Positions 41,557 through 50,691 of a DNA stretch of 64,000 bases are shown here, one piece after another. The stretch is from Pedobacter sp. (lineage in GTDB: Bacteria > Bacteroidota > Bacteroidia > Sphingobacteriales > Sphingobacteriaceae), in assembly GCF_965279535.1 (NCBI RefSeq), contig NZ_OZ257244.1, positions 4,874,713-4,938,712 on the forward strand. The letters are read 5' to 3'. The notes under the pieces are model-generated. The model searched no databases. It was not told the origin of the DNA and saw only the letters and a program-made list of their open reading frames with translations. The stretch's first letter is position 1, and the number at the start of each line of letters is the position of its first letter. Position numbers and translations under genes: made by a program.

Positions 41557-43032
41557 ATGAACAATAGAAAAATATTATGGGCTTTAATCCTTGTTTTTAG
41601 CATCTCAAGCTGCTCAAAACTGGAAGAAGATCCCGATTCGGTTTTAGTTACCGAACAGTTTTATCAGAATGAAAATCAAGCTGTCTCGGCTGTAACAGCA
41701 AATTACAGAAAGCTGTATGAAAGTGGTCAGTCTCTGTATAACAGTCTTTTCCAGATTGGTGTAGAAATGGCAACAGATGATTATGAAGCTGGTCCCAGGG
41801 CAAGAAACGCACATGTAAGAGCCATTTCAGGGCTTACCCACGACTCCTCAAACGATAGAATGGAGCAATTGTGGAAGCAAAGTTATGATGGTATTAATGC
41901 TTCAAATATTGCCATTGATAAGATTGCTCAAATTGACGCCGGCAAAATAAGTGCAACAATCAGAACCCGCTTAATCAATGAATCTAAATTTTTAAGGGCA
42001 CTGCATTATTTCAATCTCGTGCGCTGGTTTGGCGATATTCCCATCGTACTCCACGAAACGACTTCATTAACACCTGAAAATCTGTATGTTGCCAATGCTG
42101 CCGAATCTGCTGTGTACGCGCAAATTATTCAAGATCTAAAAGATGCAGAAGGACTTCCCTCTGCGGCAGAATACGGAAGTAAAGATATAGGCCGGGCAAC
42201 CTCCGGAGCTGCAAAAAGCTTATTGGCTAAAGTATACCTGACGCAGAAAGATTGGGCTAATGCGGCTAAAAAAAGTAAGGAAGTGATTGATAGCAAGGCT
42301 TATGGCTTGTTTAGTAATTTTGCAGACGTATTTAATGTGGCTACCAAAAATGGTAAGGAACACATTTTTTCTGCCCAGTTTGTTGGCAATGCAGGCTATC
42401 AGGGCAACAGTTTAGCCAGCCGATCTGCAGCTGCAGATGTGCCGGGGATTAATGGCGATTATGCCGATGCACTACATACCGCAGGGGGACTTTATGAAAC
42501 GTTTAGCAACAATGATACCCGTAAAACCGTTACTTTTGTAACACAATTAGTAAGTCCGACTAACGGGCAGCTTTATACTTTCTCTCCTCAGTTTTTTAAA
42601 TATTACGATCCTGCTGTGGTAGGTAATCAGGGCCAATCATCTAAAAACTTACCCATTATCCGTTATGCAGAAGTACTTTTAATATATGCCGAAGCTTTAA
42701 ATGAACAAAATACAGGTCCCAATAGTGATGCCTATACTGCGATTAATGAAGTAAGGCTCAGGGCTGGGATTGGTAAGCTGGAGGATGTTTCTCCGGGCCT
42801 GAACCTGAATACTTTTCGTGATGCAGTTTTTTTAGAGCGGAGAAGGGAATTTGTTTACGAGTACCAGCGTTGGTTTGATCTGGCCAGAAGAGGCGCAGAT
42901 TATTATATCGCTACATTAAAAGCTGCAGGCAAAACACTGGCTGCAAAAAGACATATTCACTTTCCAATTCCGCAAAGAGAACTAAATCTGAATCCAAAAT
43001 TGAAACAAAACCCTGATTGGGTGGGCTTCTAA
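41557..43032 (+). CDS. RagB/SusD family lipoprotein
   Basis: Lipobox SISSC, KFLRALHYFNLVRWFG, IRYAEVLLIYAEA and ERRREFVYEYQRWFDL. Start ATG 41557. Confidence 0.95.
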   Translation: MNNRKILWALILVFSISSCSKLEEDPDSVLVTEQFYQNENQAVSAVTANYRKLYESGQSLYNSLFQIGVEMATDDYEAGPRARNAHVRAISGLTHDSSNDRMEQLWKQSYDGINASNIAIDKIAQIDAGKISATIRTRLINESKFLRALHYFNLVRWFGDIPIVLHETTSLTPENLYVANAAESAVYAQIIQDLKDAEGLPSAAEYGSKDIGRATSGAAKSLLAKVYLTQKDWANAAKKSKEVIDSKAYGLFSNFADVFNVATKNGKEHIFSAQFVGNAGYQGNSLASRSAAADVPGINGDYADALHTAGGLYETFSNNDTRKTVTFVTQLVSPTNGQLYTFSPQFFKYYDPAVVGNQGQSSKNLPIIRYAEVLLIYAEALNEQNTGPNSDAYTAINEVRLRAGIGKLEDVSPGLNLNTFRDAVFLERRREFVYEYQRWFDLARRGADYYIATLKAAGKTLAAKRHIHFPIPQRELNLNPKLKQNPDWVGF

Positions 43033-43043
43033 TTTCTAAAAAT

Positions 43044-44693
43044 ATGAATCAAAAAATAAAGTTTCCTGTAAAAGCTGTTGGGATGGCTTTTACAATAATC
43101 ATGCTCCTTGGAACCAATGCCTGGGCACAAAAGAAAGCGAAACCAAATATTGTTTTGGTTTTGGTTGATGATCTGGGTTTTTCAGATATCGGTCCTTACG
43201 GTGCTGCAGATATTGCGACACCAAATTTAGATCGCTTAGCGGCTGAAGGTATCCGGTTTAAAGAGTTTTATAATAATTCTATTTGTGCACCAACACGGGC
43301 ATCGTTGCTCACAGGACAATATCAACATAAAGCCGGAGTAGGTTTCTTTAACAACAACTTGGGATTACCTGCTTATCAGGGTTTTTTAAATAAAGAATCA
43401 CTCACTTTAGCAGAGGTGTTGAAAACAGCAGGATACACTACCCTTATGTCTGGTAAATGGCATGTGGGTGATGATGAAAATCAATGGCCAAACCAGAGGG
43501 GTTTTGATCATTTCTTCGGTTTCATAGGTGGGGCAAGTAATTACTACGAGATTGGGAACCAGGGTAAACCAACAGTACCTTTAGTAAAAGATAATAAGCC
43601 ATTTTATCTGGAACCAGGGAAATACCTTACGGAAGAAATCACCAATAATGCACTTGGGTTTTTAGACGATCAGCAGAAAACGAATAAGCCATTTTTTTTA
43701 TACCTGGCTTACAATGCCCCGCACTGGCCATTACAGGCATTGCCGGCAGATTTGGCTAAGTACAAAGGAAAGTATAAAAAGGGATGGGATTCTCTTCGGA
43801 TAGAGCGATACCAGAACGCTATAAAAAAAGGTGTAATTGATGCCGGGCAAAAAATTGCTGTTCAGGATGCTCAGGTGAAGCCCTGGAATAAGCTTACTTA
43901 TGATGAGCAACAATATTGGCAAACCCGTCAGGAAGTATATGCTTCGATGATTGACCATGTTGATCAGGGAATAGGTCGTTTATTAGCCAAACTAAAAGCA
44001 CTTAAACAAGACGACAATACGATCATTATTTTTATCTCGGATAATGGTGCGCAAGGTGGAAATGGAACGCGTTTATATACTTCGCGTAATACTGGTTTGG
44101 TAGGTACTGCCGGTTCATATGAAACACAAAACAGCAACTGGTCGCAAACAGGAAATTCTCCTCACCGGGATTACAAGGGGGCGCCTTACGAGGGCGGAAT
44201 CAGTGCTCCGTTCATTGCCTGGTATCCACAAAAAATTAAAGCCAGTAGCATAAGCCAGGGTACTGCACACCTGATTGACCTTGCTCCAACCTTCTATGAA
44301 CTGGCAGGAGCAAAATATCCCTCAGTTTTAAACGGGGTAAGCAGTAATGCACTTCCAGGAAAAAGTTTACTTCCTGTGCTAACAGGTAAAGCGGGTAGAG
44401 TAGAACGGGGAGAACCCCTTTTTTGGGAGCGTGGTGGAAATAAAGCTGTTAGAGATGGAGACTGGAAGTTGGTTTCATCAGCAGCTAAGGGAGAGAAATA
44501 CGAATTGTTCAATATCGCCGAAGATAGGGCTGAAAATTTGGATGTTGCCGCCCAGCACCCCGATATTGTTGCCCGGTTGAAAGCAGCATATGCGCAGTGG
44601 GCAGAGAAAAATGGTGTAGTCGATTACAACAAGTTAAAGTCTGTCCCTGTTCGTCAGCAAGGTGCTCCAAACAGGGGAAATCAAAATTTTTAA
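43044..44693 (+). CDS. Arylsulfatase (Cys-type S1, AtsA-like), secreted
   Basis: KPNIVLVLVDDLGFSD, active-site motif CAPTRASLLTG, SGKWHVG, YNAPHWPL and SDNG. Start ATG 43044. Confidence 0.93.
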   Translation: MNQKIKFPVKAVGMAFTIIMLLGTNAWAQKKAKPNIVLVLVDDLGFSDIGPYGAADIATPNLDRLAAEGIRFKEFYNNSICAPTRASLLTGQYQHKAGVGFFNNNLGLPAYQGFLNKESLTLAEVLKTAGYTTLMSGKWHVGDDENQWPNQRGFDHFFGFIGGASNYYEIGNQGKPTVPLVKDNKPFYLEPGKYLTEEITNNALGFLDDQQKTNKPFFLYLAYNAPHWPLQALPADLAKYKGKYKKGWDSLRIERYQNAIKKGVIDAGQKIAVQDAQVKPWNKLTYDEQQYWQTRQEVYASMIDHVDQGIGRLLAKLKALKQDDNTIIIFISDNGAQGGNGTRLYTSRNTGLVGTAGSYETQNSNWSQTGNSPHRDYKGAPYEGGISAPFIAWYPQKIKASSISQGTAHLIDLAPTFYELAGAKYPSVLNGVSSNALPGKSLLPVLTGKAGRVERGEPLFWERGGNKAVRDGDWKLVSSAAKGEKYELFNIAEDRAENLDVAAQHPDIVARLKAAYAQWAEKNGVVDYNKLKSVPVRQQGAPNRGNQNF

Positions 44694-44705
44694 AGCGATA
44701 AAACG

Positions 44706-46352
44706 ATGAAAAGAAAAATATTAACATTCCTCTGTGCGGCCTTAACCTTGCAGAGCATGGCTCAAAAGGTAGCTAAACCCAATATCATTCTGATTTTGGC
44801 TGACGATTTAGGCTACTCAGATTTAGGGGCTTATGGTTCAGAGATTCATACGCCTAATCTTGATCGTTTGGCCAATGAAGGCTTACGATTGCAAGAATTT
44901 TATAACAATTCTATTTGCGCACCAACCCGGGCTTCTTTATTAACAGGGCAATATCAGCACAAAGCTGGAGTAGGTTATTTCGCTAATGATTTGGGCTTAC
45001 CTGCCTATCAGGGATATCTGAATAAAGAATCTTTAACCTTAGCCGAAGTGTTAAAAAGTGGTGGTTATCACACGCTGATGTCAGGAAAGTGGCATGTGTC
45101 TGGTAAAGATCAAAGTTATCCTTGGCAAAGGGGATTTGAGCAGGTAATGATGTCGGAGAACGGAAGTTATTTCGATCAGGGCGATTTTAACGGAGGCAGA
45201 AAAAGACCCTATACCTTAAACGGCAAACCATACGATTTAGCGGCAGGTAAATTTTACCAAACTGATGTAATTACCGAAAATGCAATAAACTTTCTGGATA
45301 AAAAGGAGAGTGCCAATAAACCTTTCTTCCTTTATCTGGCTTATACGGCACCCCATTGGCCTTTGCATGCGCTCCCAGAGGATATTGCGAAGTACAAAGG
45401 CAGATATGATAAAGGTTGGGATGTTTTAAGAGCAGAACGTTTGGAGCGTCAGAAGAAGTTAGGGATAATCGATAATCAGGCAAGTGTATCTGAAAAGGAT
45501 GCAGATATTTACGACTGGAGTAAGCTTTCATACGATCAACGTTCGCAATGGGCAAAAAAAATGGAAATCTTTGCTGCTATGGTAGATCGTTTAGACCAGG
45601 GGATTGGTAAAGTTTTGGAAAAACTTAAAGCTACGGGTGCAGATAAGAACACGCTCATTGTATTTATTTCTGATAATGGTGCGCCTGCAGAAGATCTGGT
45701 AACCTGGTATCATGGAGCAGTTAGAAATACTGGTGAGGTAGGTACCATAGGTTCTTATGAATCGCAAAGTAAAAACTGGTCTTATGCTTCCAATACGCCA
45801 TTTAAGGCCTTTAAAGATTACATGTATGAAGGTGGAATCAGCTCTCCTTTTATCGCCTGGTATCCTGCTAAAATTAAAGCCGGCAGCATTAAAAAAGGTA
45901 CAGGACACATCATTGATATAGCACCAACATTTTATGATTTGGCTGGCGTAGTTTATCCAAAGAAATTGAATGATGTAACCGCCAACCCACTGGCAGGGAA
46001 AAGCTTGTTGCCTGTGCTTTTTGCTGATCAAAAGGCCGTAGATCGTCAGCAACCTTTATTTTGGGAAAGGGCCGGCAACAGGGCGGTACGCCAGGGGAAA
46101 TGGAAACTGGTGTCTACCTGGCCAAGCTATAACTGGGAACTGTATGATCTAGAAAATGATCGTGCTGAGACTAAAAATGTAGCCCGCCAAAATCACGATG
46201 TGGTGAGCAAACTATCTGTGGCTTATTTTGATTGGGCAAAGAAAACGGGGGTGGTTGATTTTGCTACTCTGGAAGCCAAAGAACCTGCTTCAATGAAAGA
46301 ATTCAGAAAAAGTAAAGTGCAGGAACAAGCAGTTGAAAGTTACGGCTTTTAA
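44706..46352 (+). CDS. Arylsulfatase (Cys-type S1, AtsA-like), tandem paralogue
   Basis: KPNIILILADDLGYSD, CAPTRASLLTG, SGKWHVS, YTAPHWPL and SDNG. Confidence 0.93.
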   Translation: MKRKILTFLCAALTLQSMAQKVAKPNIILILADDLGYSDLGAYGSEIHTPNLDRLANEGLRLQEFYNNSICAPTRASLLTGQYQHKAGVGYFANDLGLPAYQGYLNKESLTLAEVLKSGGYHTLMSGKWHVSGKDQSYPWQRGFEQVMMSENGSYFDQGDFNGGRKRPYTLNGKPYDLAAGKFYQTDVITENAINFLDKKESANKPFFLYLAYTAPHWPLHALPEDIAKYKGRYDKGWDVLRAERLERQKKLGIIDNQASVSEKDADIYDWSKLSYDQRSQWAKKMEIFAAMVDRLDQGIGKVLEKLKATGADKNTLIVFISDNGAPAEDLVTWYHGAVRNTGEVGTIGSYESQSKNWSYASNTPFKAFKDYMYEGGISSPFIAWYPAKIKAGSIKKGTGHIIDIAPTFYDLAGVVYPKKLNDVTANPLAGKSLLPVLFADQKAVDRQQPLFWERAGNRAVRQGKWKLVSTWPSYNWELYDLENDRAETKNVARQNHDVVSKLSVAYFDWAKKTGVVDFATLEAKEPASMKEFRKSKVQEQAVESYGF

Positions 46353-46356
46353 AATG

Positions 46357-46390
46357 CCGGCAGGAGAGGCTTTACTGCGTCGCCTGCCGG
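46357..46390. terminator. Stem-loop between convergent genes, probable terminator
   Basis: CCGGCAGG...CCTGCCGG 8-bp perfect stem. The U-tract is weak. Confidence 0.5.
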
Positions 46391-46412
46391 TTATTATACC
46401 TTCATTTTGCTT

Positions 46413-46709
46413 TTAAAAATCTGATGGTGTATAGTAGTTTGTTTTAAGAACAGAAAGTTCTTTCTGACTAATCATATCCTGATAAATTAAAGCAAGCGGC
46501 AGAACAGCACCTTTACCATCGGCTGATAGGAAGGTCAGATTTGAATCATGAGAATAGCCCAACATATGCGCCATTTCATGCACCGCAGTAAAACAAATCT
46601 CCTGGGGTGTATAGTTCTTTAAGATAACCTCGCCAAGACCGAAAGTTGAACCACCCGCAAAACCGGGAGCATTTACGCATACGCCACACCCAAAAAAGGG
46701 TTTTGACAT
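46413..46709 (-). pseudogene. C-terminal fragment of a zincin metallopeptidase
   Basis: HEMAHMLGYSH (HExxHxxGxxH). 98 aa, no signal peptide, with an in-frame stop five codons upstream of the ATG. Confidence 0.55.
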
Positions 46710-46814
46710 TTGAATAGTTGGCTAGATAAAGCTAGACATTCAAAATCATCATTAAAATCAACTCATTTTATCATAAAAGTGCAATTATATCACAAAACCA
46801 TTAGTGTTGATTTC

Positions 46815-46842
46815 AAATGCAACTAAATTGCTTTTATATTTG
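46815..46842 (+). promoter_or_regulatory. Promoter with Fur/Zur-like palindrome upstream of the MerC-domain gene
   Basis: AAATGCAACTAAATTGCTTTT (8/10 pairs), abutting TATATTTG at 46835-46842. Confidence 0.65.
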
Positions 46843-46857
46843 TGGCAAATCGCTATT

Positions 46858-47250
46858 ATGAATATTTTAAAATTCAATCTGGATAAAATAGGCATTTCTG
46901 CCTCCTTATTATGTGCCATTCATTGTGCCGCATTACCATTTATTATGACGCTGCTGCCCCTATGGGGGTTAAGTTTTATCGCAAATGACTGGGTGGAGAT
47001 CGGTATGATTGGTTTGTCGCTGATATTGGGGATATGGTCTTTGGGCAAATCCTTTAAATTACACAAGCGAACTACCCCGGTTATCTTCCTGATTTTGGGA
47101 TTTGGCAGCATTGCAATTGGTCACTTTTCCGGGTTAGAGGTTTTAGAACCCATCCTGATTCCCTTAGGTGGACTGATTATTGCTTTTTCGCATCTTATTA
47201 ACTTAAAATACCTGAAAAAATGCAGGGTTAACCATATTCACCAGCATTAG
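46858..47250 (+). CDS. MerC-domain membrane protein (putative metal transporter), His-rich tail
   Basis: LDKIGISASLLCAIHCAALP signature, four hydrophobic helices, terminal HIHQH. Start ATG 46858. Confidence 0.88.
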   Translation: MNILKFNLDKIGISASLLCAIHCAALPFIMTLLPLWGLSFIANDWVEIGMIGLSLILGIWSLGKSFKLHKRTTPVIFLILGFGSIAIGHFSGLEVLEPILIPLGGLIIAFSHLINLKYLKKCRVNHIHQH

Positions 47251-47313
47251 CCAATTTTTATCGATCTTTGGCAAAATTACTGTTAAATTAATATAGATTG
47301 ATTGTTATCTTAT

Positions 47314-47355
47314 TAAAACAACATTGTTGCGTTTAAAAAGCAAAGCTTATATTTG
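47314..47355 (+). promoter_or_regulatory. Second promoter with Fur/Zur-like palindrome, upstream of the ABC operon
   Basis: TAAAACAACATTGTTGCGTTT (core CAACA-T-TGTTG), followed by TATATTTG at 47348-47355. Confidence 0.65.
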
Positions 47356-47358
47356 TGC

Positions 47359-47529
47359 ATGCATTTCAATAAAAAACAGCTGTTTCTTCCCGCGATGTTA
47401 CTGATTTCCGTGTTGAATCCGGCCTGTAAACATGGAACAAACGATGGGATTACGTTATATAAACGTTATGTGATTAAAAATCTGGTAATTAAAAAAGACC
47501 CTGTTGCAAAACGTATTGATCATGATTAA
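47359..47529 (+). CDS. Small lipoprotein-like ORF (56 aa), absent from the ORF track
   Basis: MHFNKKQLFLPAMLLISVLNPACKHG...: signal-peptide-like segment ending in Cys. Its stop overlaps the ABC ATPase start (ATGATTAA). Confidence 0.4.
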   Translation: MHFNKKQLFLPAMLLISVLNPACKHGTNDGITLYKRYVIKNLVIKKDPVAKRIDHD

Positions 47530-48148
47530 GATTAAAAACCTATCTCACACTTACGCCGGTGGGAGAACGATTAACTTTCCCGATTGGGAAATTGCAGATA
47601 TGGATCAATGGCTGCTTTTGGGGGCTTCCGGGAAAGGAAAAAGTACACTTTTAAATATCTTATCAGGATTATTAAGTCCAACTGCCGGGGCGGTGATGCA
47701 CAACGAGCTCAATCTTTACAGCCTCTCAGGCACTGCTTTAGATCGCTTTAGGGGCCGGCATATCGGAATTGTTTTTCAGCAAACGCATGTCATTAAAACT
47801 TTAAATGTCATGCAAAATCTTCAGATCGCATCCTCCCTGGCTGGATTACCCTTTGATGATTTACATGCAAAAACCTTGTTAAAAGACCTTGGAATTATCG
47901 AACTTCAGAAAAAATACCCTCAACAGTTAAGTCAGGGGCAGCTTCAGAGGCTCTCGGTGGCTCGTGCATTAATAAATAAACCTGATTTGTTGATAGCAGA
48001 TGAACCTACTTCGAGTTTAGACGATGAAAATGCATTTCAGGTTTTAGAAATGCTCCAGACACAGGCCAAAAATAATAAAGCAGCGTTAGTTATTGCTACT
48101 CATGACCAACGGGTGAGCCAACGTATTGATAAATCTTACTTATTGTAA
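47522..48148 (+). CDS. ABC transporter ATP-binding protein (LolD/MacB-like)
   Basis: Walker A GASGKGKST, signature LSQGQLQR, Walker B LLIADEPT and H-loop IATHD. Start ATG 47522. Confidence 0.93.
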   Translation: MIKIKNLSHTYAGGRTINFPDWEIADMDQWLLLGASGKGKSTLLNILSGLLSPTAGAVMHNELNLYSLSGTALDRFRGRHIGIVFQQTHVIKTLNVMQNLQIASSLAGLPFDDLHAKTLLKDLGIIELQKKYPQQLSQGQLQRLSVARALINKPDLLIADEPTSSLDDENAFQVLEMLQTQAKNNKAALVIATHDQRVSQRIDKSYLL

Positions 48149-49359
48149 TGAATATTTACCAGATCAGTTTTAAAAACCTTTATCGTAATCCACTTACTAC
48201 CGCACTCAATGTAATGCTGGTTGCTTTTGGGGTTGGTATTTTATGTATCCTCCTTTTGGCCTCAAAACAAATTGAAAGTAAACTGGAGCAAAATGCCAAA
48301 GATATCGATCTTGTTGTTGGTGCAAAAGGAAGTCCGCTTCAACTGATATTGAGCAGTATTTATCATATCGATTTTCCAACAGGCAATATTTCTGTTGCAG
48401 ATGCTGAACCCATTATGCATAATCCTATGGTAAAACGGGCGGTTCCACTTGCCCTTGGTGATAGCTATGAGGGCTTCAGGATAGCAGGTACAGACAGTGC
48501 TTTTATACAACTCTACCAATTGGAGCTGGGGAGTGGAAAATACTGGAAGGACGATCTGGAAGTAAATATCGGAAGTACGGTAGCTAAAACAACTGGTCTT
48601 AAAGTTGGCGACCGCTTTTATGGTGCGCATGGTTTAGATGGTAATGGCGATGAGCATAAACACCATATGTACATGGTAACGGGAATATTAAAAGCTCGTG
48701 GAAACGTAACTGATGACTTAATTTTAACCAACGTTGGAAGTGTGTATAAAATGCATGAAGCTGAAGGAGCGGAGGAGCATGAACCTACCGGCCATCATGA
48801 AGAGAAAGAAATTAATGATAAGGAAATCACCGCTATCTTAATCCAATATCGCTCACCCATGTCCGTAGTCCTTTTTCCCCGAATGGTGAATAAAAATACC
48901 AATATGCAGGCCGCTTCTCCGGCAATGGAAAGTGCAAGGCTATTTTCCTTAATTGGTATTGGATTAGATACTTTGAAATATTTTGCCTTTTTGATTATGG
49001 CGATATCAGGTTTAAGCATCTTTATCAGTTTGTATAACTCCATGAAAGAAAAGAAATATGATTTAGCACTCATGAGGTGCCTGGGTGCTTCAAAAGGCAA
49101 ATTGTTTTTCCATGTTGTACTGGAGGCGATAGCTGTTACGTTGATTGGAAGTTGTTTAGGCATTCTTATTGGTCATGCAGCCGTTCAGATAATTGGTTTT
49201 TACCAGGAATCGGCTCAGGCCAGATTAACCGGGAATTATTTTATTCAGGAAGAACTATACCTGATTTTAGCCGGATTGATTATCGGTTTAGTAGCTTCAA
49301 TCATTCCAGCTTTACAGGTATACCGGGTAGACATTGCTAAAACACTCTCTAAAAGTTAA
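48148..49359 (+). CDS. FtsX/MacB-type ABC permease with His/Glu-rich periplasmic loops
   Basis: DLVVGAKGSPLQLILSSIYHID, His-rich DEHKHH and EEHEPTGHHEE, C-terminal TM bundle with LMRCLGAS. Confidence 0.88.
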   Translation: MNIYQISFKNLYRNPLTTALNVMLVAFGVGILCILLLASKQIESKLEQNAKDIDLVVGAKGSPLQLILSSIYHIDFPTGNISVADAEPIMHNPMVKRAVPLALGDSYEGFRIAGTDSAFIQLYQLELGSGKYWKDDLEVNIGSTVAKTTGLKVGDRFYGAHGLDGNGDEHKHHMYMVTGILKARGNVTDDLILTNVGSVYKMHEAEGAEEHEPTGHHEEKEINDKEITAILIQYRSPMSVVLFPRMVNKNTNMQAASPAMESARLFSLIGIGLDTLKYFAFLIMAISGLSIFISLYNSMKEKKYDLALMRCLGASKGKLFFHVVLEAIAVTLIGSCLGILIGHAAVQIIGFYQESAQARLTGNYFIQEELYLILAGLIIGLVASIIPALQVYRVDIAKTLSKS

Positions 49360-49362
49360 GAT

Positions 49363-49797
49363 ATGAAAGGTTTTGGTTTATTGATTTTGTTGTTCAGCTC
49401 ATTTTTCGCTTCAGCACAGGTAAAAGTACATACCGATATGCGCACGCCTACCTGGAACATTATTGGCTTACGGTACGATAAAGAAATTGCTCCGGGAAAA
49501 TGGGGAAGCGGCTATCCACCTGCATTGAAAAAACTCCATAATAAAATCATTGAGTTGCCTGGTTATATTATTCCAACCAAAGTGGGAAGCAAGTTCTCCG
49601 AGTTTATGTTTTCAATTGTGCCCATAGCCTCTTGTCCTTATTGTGGTACAGGAGATATTCCTGCTATGATTGAAGTAAAAACGCTGACACCTATTCCCAT
49701 CACCGAAAAACCTATAAAACTCCGTGGGATATTCATTATAAACGATTCTGGTGACGACCGGAGTGAATTTTTTCTGCTAAACGCCAAGAAAATATGA
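49363..49797 (+). CDS. DUF3299-like exported protein, copy 1
   Basis: Signal peptide, IELPGYIIP, CPYC motif, PIKLRGIFIIN. Confidence 0.7.
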   Translation: MKGFGLLILLFSSFFASAQVKVHTDMRTPTWNIIGLRYDKEIAPGKWGSGYPPALKKLHNKIIELPGYIIPTKVGSKFSEFMFSIVPIASCPYCGTGDIPAMIEVKTLTPIPITEKPIKLRGIFIINDSGDDRSEFFLLNAKKI

Positions 49798-50240
49798 TGA
49801 AGCATTTAAATAAATACTTATTGTTCGGCCTCTTATTGTGGAACTTGAGTTTGGCTGCCCAGGTTAATGTACATAAAGAAATGCGTACAGCGAATTGGAA
49901 TTTAATTGCATTGCGGTACGAGAAACAGGTAAAGCCACTGGTCTTCAAAAGTATTTTCCCTTCCGAGCTCAGGGCCATTAATAACACAGTGATTGAGTTA
50001 CCCGGTTACATTATTCCAACTAAGGTGGGTAATACTTTTTCAACATTTATGCTTTCTATAGTGCCCATAGAATCTTGTCCTTTTTGTGGAACAGGAGATA
50101 TTCCCTCCATGGTAGAAGTTAAAATGTTAAAAAACTTAAAATGGACTGATAAGGTGGTACGGATAAAGGGAAAATTTGTGATTAACGATTCTGGAGATAA
50201 CAGATCCGAGTTCTTTTTACTTGATGCCGAGCAGCTATGA
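49794..50240 (+). CDS. DUF3299-like exported protein, copy 2
   Basis: Signal peptide, IELPGYIIP, CPFC motif. Close paralogue of copy 1. Confidence 0.7.
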   Translation: MMKHLNKYLLFGLLLWNLSLAAQVNVHKEMRTANWNLIALRYEKQVKPLVFKSIFPSELRAINNTVIELPGYIIPTKVGNTFSTFMLSIVPIESCPFCGTGDIPSMVEVKMLKNLKWTDKVVRIKGKFVINDSGDNRSEFFLLDAEQL

Positions 50241-50686
50241 GATATGTATGGTTGTTATTCTTTTTATTTACAGGATGCCTTGTACAGGCCCAGAACCCTA
50301 AACATAATCCAAACGATCAGTTACGCTCACTCAATTGGGATATTATCGGAACTGTCAAGTTCGAACTAACGGAAAAGAACGAACTCAATCCAGTTTATAC
50401 CGATGCAATAAAAAGGTTTGAGCATAAACCATTTGAACTTAAAGGATATTTAATCCCTATTAAAACCGGCCAAAAGCAACAGAAGTTTTTATTGGCTACT
50501 TTACCCATTAATCAATGTTTCTTTTGTGGTCAGAATGGTGTGCCGGTTATGATCATGATAGAAATGGATCAGCCAATCAGTTATTCTGAAAAACCTATAA
50601 CTGTAGTGGGTATATTGGAATTGGAACAGAAAGATGCCAGTTATGCCCCGCCAATTTCCATTAAGCACGCCAGATTAAAAGGATAA
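50237..50686 (+). CDS. DUF3299-like exported protein, copy 3
   Basis: Signal peptide, FELKGYLIP, CFFC motif, ITVVGILEL. More diverged than copies 1 and 2. Confidence 0.7.
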   Translation: MRYVWLLFFLFTGCLVQAQNPKHNPNDQLRSLNWDIIGTVKFELTEKNELNPVYTDAIKRFEHKPFELKGYLIPIKTGQKQQKFLLATLPINQCFFCGQNGVPVMIMIEMDQPISYSEKPITVVGILELEQKDASYAPPISIKHARLKG

Positions 50687-50691
50687 GCCAT

